Part shown: in pieces, positions 1-18,461 of the stretch
Layout: each line of letters starts with the position of its first letter
Numbering within the stretch: the stretch's first letter is position 1
DNA from: the human T2T-CHM13v2.0 reference genome, Homo sapiens
Assembly (NCBI RefSeq): GCF_009914755.1
Contig: NC_060931.1
DNA: 64,000 nt
Direction: 5' to 3' (one strand)
Notes under the pieces: model-generated
Told to the model about the DNA's origin: nothing
The model's database searches: none
What the model saw: only the letters and a program-made list of their open reading frames with translations
Translations under genes and position numbers: made by a program

Positions 1-397
1 ATGAAGTACTATTCAGCCATAAAGAAGGATGATAACCAGTCATTTGCAACATGGATGGAACTGGAGATCATTATGTTAAGGAAAACAAGCCAGGCACAGA
101 AAGACAAACATCGTATGTTCTCACTTACTTGTGGGATCTAAACATCAAAACAATTGAACTCATGGACACAGAGAGTAGAAAAATAGTTGCCAGAGGCTGG
201 GAAAGATAGTGGGGGAATCGGGGGAGATGAGGATGGTTAATGAGTGCCAAAAAAATGGAACAAATGAATAAGACCTACTATTTGATAGGACAACAGGGTG
301 ACTATAGTCTATAATAACTTAAATGTATATTTTAAAATAACGTATGAAGTGTATCGTATTGTTTGTAACTCAAATAACAAATGCTTGAAGGGATGGA
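1..397 (+). mobile_element. L1 3' fragment (L1MA-like)
   Basis: Matches L1 ORF2-end/3'UTR consensus (tactattcagccataaa...atggatggaactggagatcattatgttaag...atgttctcactt...acagggtgactatagt). Confidence 0.85.
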
Positions 398-534
398 TTT
401 TTTAAAAAAGAATCTCATCCACTGGGGAAAAAATTTCACTAAATTAAGTAAGTATGAAATACATTTAAATAAGTATTTAAAGGGTGTTTTTATAAGTCTG
501 TAGCATTTATGCTTCTGAAATTATTAAAACTTAA

Positions 535-1287
<753 letters not shown>

Positions 1288-1634
1288 TACACAATTCTTT
1301 GGACTCTTTTGGACATTTGAAATTTTTCACAATAAAATATTCGAAAAAAGTCGGGTCAAGAGATATAATTTAATTATGAGAAATTAATAAAGATATATGA
1401 AAAAGGCTAAGCATAGAAGCAAAGTGATTATCAACATTATTATACCCAAGACAAATTCTTGCTACAGTTTAGTCCTCCTTTCAGGAACTTTTTTCCAAGA
1501 TCTATATTTATGACCAAGAAGTGTGTCTTATATCCAGGAAGCTTTTTTTTCTTTCTTTCTTTCTTTTTTGCCGTAAAGAATGACTGCAACACTTCCTAAG
1601 ATGCTTGGGCATGTTAGATAGCTACTTTGTGAAC

Positions 1635-2110
1635 TCATTCAGCTGTTCGTCATGTATTCAGTAAGTATTTCCTATGTGCCAGGCACAGTACACAGCAGTG
1701 GAGATACGATCATAAAACACACAATCTTTAACCAACTGACTTTATAGTCTAGCTGAAGAGAGAGAGGAGGGCAGAAAAATAGAGTCTTATGACAAAGTGT
1801 AAAGTGCTATATAGCATGTTCAGCATTATAGCACTATTGTATTACAGCATATTATGGAACCACAAAAGAATAGAATGCAATCCAACCTTGCAAATACAAT
1901 AATGGCCTCCCTGAATAAGTGAGAGGTGTTAGCGGTGGGGAGAAGGTATAGAAATTAACCAGGTAAAGAGGGGATTGATGAATGTCTCAATTAGAGGGAA
2001 TCCCATAAGCAAAGTCTCAGAGGTGCCTGGTAATATGGTACATCTGAGAAAGAACAAGGAACTACTGGTGAAAGCAAGTAGATGTCTGGAATAGGATGCT
2101 GATGCCCTGG
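1635..2110 (-). mobile_element. L2 fragment
   Basis: Degenerate L2 3'-end motifs (tattcagtaagtatttcctatgtgccaggcac; tttatagtctag). Confidence 0.55.
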
Positions 2111-2412
2111 TAAGAGAAGAAATTTAAGACATTCACAAAAGTAATCCATTCCCAGCTGAAAGTGGAAAAAAAAGCCAACGTATTTATTTGATTATTTCAG
2201 TTAAAAATAAAGGTTTTTTAAATTTTATTTGGCTTCACTTTATGAATGCTTTGAAACAAAATTTTAAAGTTTGAATTATCCAAATTCAGTATAATTGCTT
2301 TAACTTGCTATTGCATTCCGCAAATGGGAAAATAGGGTGAATGATGAAAAACACTAAATACACACGGATGACATGGATACACAATGAGTGAGGTACATAA
2401 GGAAACTTTTTA

Positions 2413-2865
2413 CCAGTGATCCTCAAACTTCAGTGAGCACAAGTGGACTACTTTAAAAGCCATTTTCTATCTTTCATCCTTGAGACTCTGACTTAAAAGA
2501 TCTGTGGTGGAGTCCAGGAATCTGAATTTTTAACAAGACCACAAATGATTCTTTTAACTATTTGCAATAGAAATTTTAAACCTAAACTAAATTAGAGAGA
2601 ATACTATAACATCACCCGCATACTCCTCACTCACCTTCCATAAATAAACATATGGCCAGTCTTGTTTCATCTACATTGCCACTCATTTACCCTTCATCCT
2701 AATTTCTTTTTAAAATAATCCCAAATATCTTGACATTTTATCCACTAACACTTCAGTTTGTATCTCTAAAAAGAATGAATATTTTTAGCATTATCACAAT
2801 ACAATAATCACACCTAAAGACCCAAGGTGATCCTAATGTAACTGGTCCAGTCTCAGAAAAACTGG
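2413..2865. mobile_element. MER5-like hAT-Charlie fossil, probably split by an old L1 fragment
   Basis: cagtgatcctcaaacttcagtg...ccaggaatctgaatttttaacaag, then cccaaggtgatcctaatg resumes at ~2821. Confidence 0.55.
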
Positions 2866-3914
2866 ACTTGAGAAAGAGGGTAACAAGTCAGTGTCTAAGT
2901 GGACTACTTGGGAAGACATAACTTAATTTAGTTCATCATAGATTCAAACTCTTTGTTCAAGAACAAGCAAGCTATTCAGTTATGTTTCTGAAACTGTTAC
3001 CTTAAATATTCAAAAAATGTATTTATGGAAAGCATAAAATTAACATACTGAATTGAATTAAAAAAAACTTTTTCAGGGTTATTGATCAAAATTTTTAAGG
3101 AAAAAGAAGTTGTTTTGTTAAATACATTTTTACACCTTATCAAACCTCAAAGAGGAAAGAACAAATTGCTCAATTTGCTTTTCCTCCAGAGTTACTTGGA
3201 TTTCACAGAGTTTAAAAATATTTTTCTCAATGAACCTCAGAAAAGTTTCTCAGAGTAATGAAGAACACAAAATGTGCCCTGATAACTTCCTCACAATTTA
3301 ATTAACTCCAAATGCTAAAGAATCTTGCTATTTATAATCATATCTATAGAATACAATTTGAATATCAAGGTTAGAGAAATCTGATTCCTTCAGTCATACT
3401 TCAGCTCCTTTCTTTTACCTGCTTTATCATCCCCAATCAGAACCAATATTTATAAAGTTCAAGTCAGTATTTCCTTGACATTTTTATCTCCTTTCATCTG
3501 TTGCTTTAAAAACAAAAGGGAACAAAACTTAATACAGAAAAATAAAAGAAAGGAGAAGCAGCTGCAATGCTGAGCAGAAGAGGCAGGAACCAGAACTGGA
3601 GCAGTAGCTGGGTCGGCACCATGGCTGGGATCGCCACCATGGAGGAAGTGAAGTGCAAGATCCAGGTTCTGCAGCAGCAGGCAGATGATGCAGAGGAGAG
3701 AGCTGAGCGCCTCCAGTGAGAAGTTGAGGAAGAAAAGTGGGCCGGGAACAAGGAGGCTGAGGTGGCCTCCTTGAATCGTAGGATCCAGCAGGTTTGAAGA
3801 GGAGCTGGACCATGCTCAGGAGCGCCTGACCACTGCCCTGCAAAAGCTGGAAGAAGAGGAGAAAGCTGCTGATGAGAGTGAAAGAGATATGAAGGTTATT
3901 GAAAACCAGGCCTT

Positions 3915-4030
3915 GCCGAGGCCCGGGAATGGCGTGACCCCCGGGAGGCGGAGCTTGCAGTGAGCCGAGATCGTGCCACTGCACTCCAGCCTGGGCAACA
4001 AAGTGAGACTCCGTCTCAAAACAAACAAAT
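3915..4030 (+). mobile_element. 5'-truncated AluY (right arm) inside the TPM3 pseudogene CDS
   Basis: AluY-type aatggcgtga...ggagcttgcag; 13-bp TSD aaaaccaggcctt at 3902-3914 and 4031-4043. Confidence 0.92.
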
Positions 4031-4059
4031 AAAACCAGGCCTTAAAAGATGAAGAAAAG

Positions 4060-4555
<496 letters not shown>

Positions 4556-5040
4556 CTAAGTGATGCTGAAGAAAAATACTCTCAAAAAGAAGACATATAT
4601 GAGGAAGAGATCAAGATTCTCACTGACAAACTCAAGGAGGCAGAGACCCGTGCTGAGTTTACTGAGAGATTGGTAGCCAAGCTGGAAAAGACAACTGATG
4701 ACTTGGAATATAAACTGAAATGCAACAAAGAGGAGAACCTCTGTACACAAAGGATGCTGTACCAGACTCTGCTTGACCTGAATGAGATGTAGAACACCCC
4801 AGTCCTACCCTGCTGCTGCTCCTCCCTTTGTCCCTGACTCCACCTGAGGCCGGCCTGCCTGAAGCTGATCTTTAACTGAGGGCTGATCTTTAATTTGGGG
4901 GCTGCTTTCTACTTTCGCAGCCCCCTCCTTCCCTGTTTCTTTTTTGCCAAACTGTCTCTGCCTCTTCCTGGAGATTCCAGCTGGGCTAAAGGCTGAGCAC
5001 CTTTGGAAACAACATTTAAGGGAATGTGAGCACAATGCAT

Positions 5041-5100
5041 AGTGTCTTTAAAAGCATGTTATGATGTGCAAGTGTCTTTAAAAGCATGTTACGATGCGCA
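5041..5100 (+). repeat. 30-bp tandem duplication in the pseudogene 3'UTR
   Basis: agtgtctttaaaagcatgttatgatgtgca followed by agtgtctttaaaagcatgttacgatgcgca (2 differences). Confidence 0.95.
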
Positions 5101-5429
5101 CATTTTGTAATTACCTTTTTTGTTGTTTTGTAGCAACCATTTGCAAAACATTCCAAATAATTCCACAGCTCTGAAGCAGCAATCTAATCCCTTTCTCACT
5201 TTCGGAAGGTGACTTTTCAGCTAAATGCATATTGCCCTCTCCATAGAGGAGAGGAAAAAGTATAGGCCTGCCTTACTGAGAGCCAAACAGAGCCCAGGAA
5301 AAGACTCCACTATGAGAAACCTCGTTGCTCTGTACAAAATACCAGCCAAACCAGAAAGGTGATTCCAGGAGGAGTTAGCCAAACAACAACAAAAAAAAAA
5401 CAAAAAAGATATTTTAAAGCTGAAAACCT

Positions 5430-5721
5430 GGCTGGGTGCCGTGGCTCACGCCTGTATTCCCACCAGTTTGGGAGGCCAAGGCAGGTGGATCACGAGGTCA
5501 GGAGTTTGAGACCAGCCTGACCAACGTGGTAAAACCTCGTCTCTACTAAAAATACAAAAATTAGCCAGGCGTGGTGGCGTGTGCCTGTAATCCCAGCTAC
5601 TCAGGAGGCTGAGGCAGGAGAATCACTTGAACCCAGGAGGCGGAAGTTTCAGTGAGCCTAGATCATGTACTGTACTCCAGCCTGGGCGACAGAGTGAGAC
5701 TCTGTCTCAAAAAAAACAAAG
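5430..5721 (+). mobile_element. AluS (Sg-like) in the pseudogene 3'UTR
   Basis: Full dimeric Alu with A tail. Confidence 0.93.
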
Positions 5722-6478
5722 AAAGATATCTTTGGACAACGTTATTTCAAATTTTTTTCATTAGAAGTGACCAAATTAAGATGGTAAGACCTCTGAGACC
5801 AAATTTTTGTCCTCCCAACTGCTTACAGAATGGATCACGTGCCCCTTAGGTTGAGGTGACTACTTAATTGCTTTCCTACCTTCTTGAAAGAAAGAAAGAT
5901 TATGTTTTCGCCACTGATTTAGCCATGTGAAACTCATCTCATTAGCCTTTTCTGGGTTTGAAGTTGCTATCTCTAAAAGTGCCATCTCATTGTGCTTTGT
6001 ATCAGTCAGTGCTGGAGAAACCTTGAATACCTTATATACAAAATTTTTTTAAATTTTGTATTATTTTGAAACTTTGCTTCCTTGGGTTTGTGGCACCCTG
6101 GCCACCCCCATCTGGCTGTGACAGCCTCTGCAGTCCGTGGGCTGGCAGTTTGCTGATCTTTTAAAGTTTCTTTCCCTACCCAGTCCCCATTTTCTGGTAA
6201 GGTTTCTATGAGGTCTGTTAGGTGTACATCCTGCAGCTTATTGGCTTGAAATGTACTCTCCTTTGATGTGGTCTCTTTGGGGCCGATTGGGAGAAAGAGA
6301 AATCAATAGTGCAACTGTTTTGATACTGAATATTGATAACTGTCTTTCTGATATAAAAAACCAGTCCCTCCAAAACAACACCTGAGTTTATAGCTGAATA
6401 TCAGAAGCAATATTAAGTTTTCTTTCTTAACCACGCAGATCAGAAAATCTTTTGCAACATTAACATTTTAAAATATCA

Positions 6479-6788
6479 GGCTGAGCACAGAGGCTCTTGC
6501 CTGTAATCCCAGCACTTTGGGAGGCCAAGATGAGAGCATCACTTAAGCCCAGGAGCTCAAGACCAGCCTGGGCAACATAGGGAGACCCCATTTCTACAAA
6601 AAATAAAAAATTAGCTAGGTGTGGTGGCATGCAACTATGGTCCTAGCTACTTAGCACGCTGAGATGGGAGGATCGCTTGAGACAAGGAAATTGAGGCTAC
6701 AGTGAGCCATAATGATGCCACTGCACTCCAGCCTTGGCAACAGAGTGTGACTCTACTCATCTCAAAAAACAAAACAAAACAAAAAAAA
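6479..6788 (+). mobile_element. AluJ
   Basis: Diverged dimeric Alu with J-type motifs (cacttaagcccaggag, gggaggatcgcttgag). Confidence 0.9.
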
Positions 6789-7893
6789 CTTACATTTCAC
6801 TGTCAATCCCTAAAATCACATTTGTGTAACACTGGTGTAAATTATATATTTGCGTTTTTCAGCTATATTCCATTTTTTAAAGTACAGTGATGATCTGTGA
6901 TAGCTTACAAGCTATTTCTTATTTATCAACAGTATGAAACCATGAATCCATATCAAAACTATGACATAAAATCCTACATATGTGATTATTAACCTTAGAA
7001 TGCCTAAGATGAAACTGTTCCTTGATACTGTCATTAAAAGAAGCATTTAATAAAGTACTAAACATCACATGTTTAAGGTATTTAATTTCTTTTTTAAACT
7101 CTTTACCCTTTGCTGAGGTTTTTTATTTGACATGTGTCCAAGGTAAAAAGACAAATCTACTCTTTTGCTCTTTGATAAGGTGTCAGAGCTTACTTAAAGG
7201 TTTAGGAATAGAGTTGTTGAACTAATTTTTTTGTACTGCAAGTTATATATGAGAATTGGTAGCAGTCTGTTGAAAGAAGTTTACCTGTGGTTAATAGCAC
7301 TTATCTCACTTCTATCTATCATGCCATCAATTTCTTTATTACAAGAGTTTACCTTTGGGCAGCTCATACACCAGCTGTCAATCTGTCCTCACCCCGAGAC
7401 TTTGCAGTAAACCAAGCTCAGGTGTGTTGAGGTTTCACCATGCTAGTTGTTTTCCTTCTTTCTCCAACTAGAACAGGTGTAGTCAAAATGCAAGCCTCTG
7501 GCACTCCAGATGTGCCCCATCACAAGACAGAGCCAGAACTTCTTCATTCCTGCCTCCTAGATCACAACTTCGTATCTGGAGATTTTCTAGATGTTGCTTC
7601 TTGTCTTAATTTTACCTTTCCTGCCCCTTCACTGAAGCATTTTAAGTGGTAGCTTTAAAAAGACTAAAAAACTCCAATGTCCATCAATAAAGGACTGGTC
7701 CAATAAAGTATACTCCACGAAACGAATTACTATACCTTGTAAAAAATGAGAAAGGAAAAAATGAAAATGCTCTCTAAGTAGTAATATGGAAAGATTTCCA
7801 AGATACAATAAGTTAAAAAAGTAAGATGCAGAATAGTATTACCTTTTGTATTTTAAAAAAAATCATAATTGCTTCTATATTCATAAAGAAACT

Positions 7894-8225
<332 letters not shown>

Positions 8226-8736
8226 TTATTGGGGTTGGGGTGTTTAGGAACTAAGCATGATGAAAGGAGTGGAAAGGAGAATTTTCATGACATGCCTTCT
8301 TATTCTTTTTATTTTTGAACTATATTGCCTATTCAAAATATTCAATTTAAAAAGAAAGAGATAATAGCTTCATTCAGTGCAAGGAGGCTAAAAGAAAGAA
8401 GAACTACACTAAGTAAGAAAGTCTCATTCTTACTCAGGCTATTGGCACTATAGTTTGGGGGAAAGAATAAATTATCAGGAAACTGAAAAATAAAATTTAG
8501 AAAATCACCAGTAAAAGCAGCTAGGACTGGTTCTGGTTGAAGGACAGGCTAAAAGACAAAAACATTAGCTACCAATCTTATGGCTTTGCTGATTCATCTG
8601 TGTTTTAACAGTGAGCAAAAAGTATTTTGAAGACAAATAACATTACAGCAGGATCAAATGCTCTCTCCTTAAGCATTTTCTTCAGTTTTCTAAAAGATAT
8701 CCCATGTGCTGTTCTCTCACATCCCAGATTACAAAG

Positions 8737-8985
8737 GCAGCATGGTGAAGAGGCAAGCACTGGAGCCCTGGTGCAATGCTGACTAGCCTCAGTTCCAGCT
8801 TTAACACTTAGGTGCTGTATGGCCTGTACACATTATTTAACCACATCGTGCTTTGTTTCTTCACCTGTACAGTGGCGATAAGAAGAGTATCTACCTCATA
8901 AAGTCACTGTGAGGATTAATCAAGTTAATACACCAAAACATGTAGAACAGCGCCTGGCTCACAGTAAGAACTCTGTAAATGTTTG
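8737..8985 (+). mobile_element. MIR
   Basis: MIR core (tttcttcacctgtacagtgg...tacctcata...gtgaggattaa...agaacagcgcctggc). Confidence 0.8.
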
Positions 8986-9583
8986 CTCTTTTACTTGCTC
9001 TTCAACTGTTTTGCTGTTTGTCTTTCTTTAAAAGTGCAGCCTCCAAGGCCTAAAACTTACCCTTTCCACTTCCCATTAACCCTTGTTCTTTTTTTTTCTC
9101 CATTTTCCTTCTACTTTTCTTTTTTAAAGAGGGATACAATCGGTCACTAAAATACTCCCACAGCATTTTTGAGACAAGATCATCTCAAAGAAAAATATTC
9201 ATAAAGGAAATAGAAAGTGTGGTGTTTGCCAGAAAAATTCAGAATTTAAAGCATTGGCATAAAGATAATTCCTTACATTTCTATATCACTCTATATAGTG
9301 ATATAGGTTATCTCATTTGATCCTTACAACAACCTTTTGAGACCATTAGGGCAGTAAAAGAATACAAGGCAAATGAGATTAAAAGGGTTGCCTGAGGCTA
9401 AATTGGTGACAATATCTGACCAGCTCAGTTCGACAACAATTTATTGAACACCTGCCACAGCTTGGCCACTTGTGCTGACCTCCAAATTCTAAATGCTCTC
9501 TGCTACAAAGAGTCTACATGGTATAAAACACCTCTCAAGAGCTTCACTCAACTTGATAATCATGCTACCTAAAAGCCACTATA

Positions 9584-9943
<360 letters not shown>

Positions 9944-10054
9944 TCAGATAGCAGAAAGGAACAGGGATTCCCTGGCAAAAGTATATTGGGCTGCATGATC
10001 TTGGGCAAATTACTTAACTACTCTATGCCAGTTTTCTCTTCTTTTTTGTTAAAT

Positions 10055-10186
10055 TCTTTTTCTTTTATAGAGATAGGATCTCCTATGTTGCCCAGGCTGT
10101 TTTCAAACTCCTGGGCTCAAGTGATCCCTCTGCCTCAGCCTCCCAAAATGCTGGGATTACAAGCATGAGCCACCTCAACCACCAGC
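10055..10186 (-). mobile_element. FLAM / Alu left monomer
   Basis: Antisense left-arm sequence only. Confidence 0.85.
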
Positions 10187-10553
10187 TAAGCCAGTTTTCT
10201 CATACCTAAATATATGTATTATACTTACCACCAGGTGGTTGTAAGGGTTAAATGAGAGAATGAATATAAAATCTGTTGTAAACTGTAACATCCCATCGGG
10301 TATTAGTTTTTTTGGTGTTAATCTGATTTAGCAGTGGAATGCAAGATGGAACCTAGGCGGGGGGCGGAGGGAAAAAAAGTCTGATAGAAAAACATCTTTA
10401 GGTACTCAGCCCTTAAAAGACCTCCCAGGGAGAGTAGCAACATTACAAAAACTCACACTGTTTCCCCTGTGGAGGGTACCCACTGAGCTAACAGAGGTAG
10501 GCCTCATGGGTCAGCCCCATTCTACCAAATGTATTCTTTCCCATTTGCTCCAG

Positions 10554-10703
10554 CTGGTGGTAACAGGTACAGAGGGAGCAAACCAGACAGCTGGTGCCAC
10601 ATGAAACAGAAAGATCTGTGCTTCGCCGTAAGGAAAAAAAAAAACTGTGGGAAACAGTGCAAGAACAAAAATAAGCAGGCAAGTGTTTGGGGCATTTCAG
10701 CTG
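10554..10703 (+). other. Candidate 150-nt internal exon (likely lncRNA)
   Basis: AG-free pyrimidine tract ttctttcccatttgctccAG at the 5' end; consensus donor CTG|GTAAGT at the 3' end; no transcript evidence available. Confidence 0.35.
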
Positions 10704-11046
10704 GTAAGTGAGAGAGAGAAGCAGCCCCAAGACAGATGCAGTCCACGCCCTCCATCTGTAACCAGAGAGTGGCTCACATGTCAGAAAAAAGTTTGTCCTC
10801 CCTTAGGGGAATCTTGAAGGCTGTCAATGTTCTAACCATGAGGAATCACAAAATCTATACGGAACATTCCAACATGTGCAGGCCTGATAGGTCTCAGAGC
10901 AATGTTCTATGGGAGTCTGAGTTTTGCAGGCTTCTCACTTGGTGGACTGGGAATGTCAGTGAGAGGCGTGCTTTACAAGGGAGGGGAAGTGGTGTCTGAA
11001 TCTGCTCAGAGACAGGCCCACTACTTAATTTAAGAAGGCAGTAGAA

Positions 11047-12085
<1,039 letters not shown>

Positions 12086-13244
12086 ACTGTTTCCTTTATT
12101 ACAAAAAAAAAATCAGAGGGCTATTTGTTAACCAAATTGAAAGCCTAACTCTCTGAACAGAGAAAGTAAAATATAGTGTTTTTTGAGAATCAGTTCTTGC
12201 TCTTACCAGAAGTAACTTTTCTATTTGAAGAAAATGTGTCAGTCTTTCCTAGGAAGAACTAATTTACCCAGGGTATCATAACACTTTTAGATTGGTCCAC
12301 CCTACAATCTTGCTCTTACTATTGTGCTCTAACTAAACTAAGCAGAAAATTTATCTGAGGTAATTGAAAAATCTGAATTGTCTGACAGCTATGATTAATA
12401 TTCTGCCCATATTTATAATTAAGTCATAGCCATAAAATAAGGCAAATGTCTCAAAAAATTCTAGCAAAAATTAAACTACATTTGCTTAAAGATTTATCAG
12501 TCTTACAATTCATTCCACATATTTAAAAAGTTTGCCAGTTCAGTAAAATTTAGTAGTAACAAAATAAAATGTATATTAAGTACATCAGAAATTAAAAATA
12601 CACCCACTCACTTATTCATTCAAAAAACATTTCTGAATGCCTACTATGTGCCAAACACTGCCCTATGTTTTAAATCAAATATACTGTATTTGTTGCCTTT
12701 TACAAACTTCTTTCATTTATCATTTTCCATATTTCATTCAAACTTTCACATAACCTGATAACACTGCAAACTGATTAAAAGAGTTAACTATAAAAGCCCT
12801 GTCACTTTAAGAATTTGTAATTTTTTCCATTAACATTCCTCTCTGGTTTTATGTACTTGGTCTGTGCTGTGGGATGTAGCATAAATTATCTGCCTTCAGC
12901 AAAACGAGCAGCTGAAATGTGAGGCTGCCTGACAGTGCTTGTTAAGCCATTAGCTATTGTGAGCACACACTACTAGGGATGTCTGGCTCTCATGAGAAGT
13001 GTTTAAGTGGTTCAAAATATAGGAGTTTGGTCATGCAGTACAAAAAAAACAAGCCCAGTATTTTAGCACCATGCTTAGGGGTTAATTAATAAAAAGGATG
13101 AAAACAATCCTGGGATGTTTATTTTTAAAGAAAAGTATTACAAGTGAACACTTTGTGATTTACTGAAAGCCAGTAACAGGATAGGATGAAACAATATTTT
13201 TAGCAAAATCCTTCTACCACAGTCCAAGAAAATAAGTGTATTTC

Positions 13245-13544
13245 TTTTTTTCTTTTTTTTTTCTGGAGACGGAATCTCACTCTCTCGCCCAGGCTGGAGT
13301 GCAATGGCATGATTTTGGCTTACTGCAACCTCCGCCTCCCGGGTTCAAGCAAGTCTCTGCCTCAGCCTCCAGAGTAGCTGGGATTACAGGCACCTGCCAG
13401 CACACCCAGCTAATTTTTGTATTTTTAGTAGAGTCGGGGTTTCACCATTTTGGCCAGGCTGGTCTTGAACTCCTGACCTCATGATCCACCCGTCTCGGCC
13501 TCCCAAAGTGCTGGGATTACATGGGTGAGCCACCGCGCCCAGCC
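13245..13544 (-). mobile_element. AluS
   Basis: Antisense Alu; TSD aaaataagtgtatttct. Confidence 0.93.
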
Positions 13545-13620
13545 AAAAATAAGTGTATTTCTAAAACACAAAAGTGGTTGTTTGTTTAACTAAAAATTAT
13601 TTTTAAAATATTACCTCTTT

Positions 13621-14064
<444 letters not shown>

Positions 14065-14481
14065 TCAGAAGCACCCCCTCTTCCATATGCCTCCTTACCC
14101 TCATCTGCCACCCCAGAGTGTTTTCACATGGCCCTGGCTGAAAGAGATCTCAGCACCCAGAGAAATCTGGGCACTAATTCATTGTCCTTCTTACCTCTTC
14201 TGTACCTTCTCTTAGGCCATCTTGTTTTATACTTACTGGTGTCTATATCTATCTCGTCAACTCGACTTTGAGTTTATTCATTTTGCATTTCACACAATGC
14301 CTAGTTCAAATTCTGTTAAGCGTCAGGTGAATAAGCCTGCTTAATACATTCATACTTTATGTACCTCAATTTCCTCATCTAGCAAGTGAGCCTAATAATA
14401 TCTGCCCTGCCTAAGTAGAGTTTGTTATGCCATCAAATCAGATAACATATGTAAAAGCGTTTTTGAAAACTACTGCACATT

Positions 14482-15505
<1,024 letters not shown>

Positions 15506-15983
15506 TTATTTTTTCTTATTCACTAATTATACTTCCAGTTTTTAATCCTAAGGAAAAAAATGTAAACATGGAAAAATTTTAAGCACAACAATGTTCAGAT
15601 ATTACATCTAATAATAATGAATGTGAAATAATTTAAACATCCAACAAAGGGGAATGGCTAAGTAAATTACTGCATATTGACTTGATGAAACATTATACAA
15701 TAATTTTTAAATTATAAACATTATTTTAAGAGATGATATAATTACAGAAATGAGGAATGTTTAAGATGAAGTGTTAAAAGAAAAAATGTAGCATCGAAAT
15801 TGTACATCTATCTTGACAATATATAAAAAAGAAACATCAATTCACCAAAAAAAAAATGATTGCAAGTACACTAAAATGCTAATAAAAGTTATTCCAAGGT
15901 AAGAGAATGAGTAGTTTCTTTTCTATATTATTTTATGTTTTCCAAATGTTGTTAAGTACACATTACCTTGAAAATAAAAAGAC

Positions 15984-17230
<1,247 letters not shown>

Positions 17231-17397
17231 GAAAGATAAACTTTCAACAGTAATTAAAAAGCTATATAAATACATGAATTTAAGAGCTATGAATATTGTA
17301 TCTTTGGATTGCATCACTTCACTATTATATAGGCTCTAGGATAGCTCATTTTCTTAAATAAAAATAAACTAACTAAATCAGACTATGTTGTACTTCA

Positions 17398-17735
<338 letters not shown>

Positions 17736-18121
17736 TTAATTTAAACCAGATTTCTTTGGTCCTAACTTAAAAATAATTTCAATAATTTTAACCAGTGAGT
17801 AAAAATGTCACTCCTTTCCTTTTTATTACTCAAATATATTCTCACTCACTGTAAGAACCTGTCTTCTGTCTCTATAGGTGTGTCATAAATGCTAATGTTA
17901 TCTTTAAGAGTATTTCAGAATCCAAAGCTACCTTTTCTTTCACTCACTTCTGAACATTAACCTTCTTAAGTAAACTTGCTCTGTTTGAAAGAATCATATT
18001 TGCCCATGTGTTCAACAAGCCTAAGCATTTTTCTAGATCATCATCAAATGTCAAGGTTCACAAGTTTTTCAAATGTACTTAATGGTACTTAACGTTTCCA
18101 TACTGGGGGAAATTTTTTTTA

Positions 18122-18461
<340 letters not shown>

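Noticed and set aside
10228-10241. CTCF-like CCACCAGGTGGTTG
   Set aside because: Lacks the conserved GC after GG and sits in MIR-like sequence; too weak without ChIP data.
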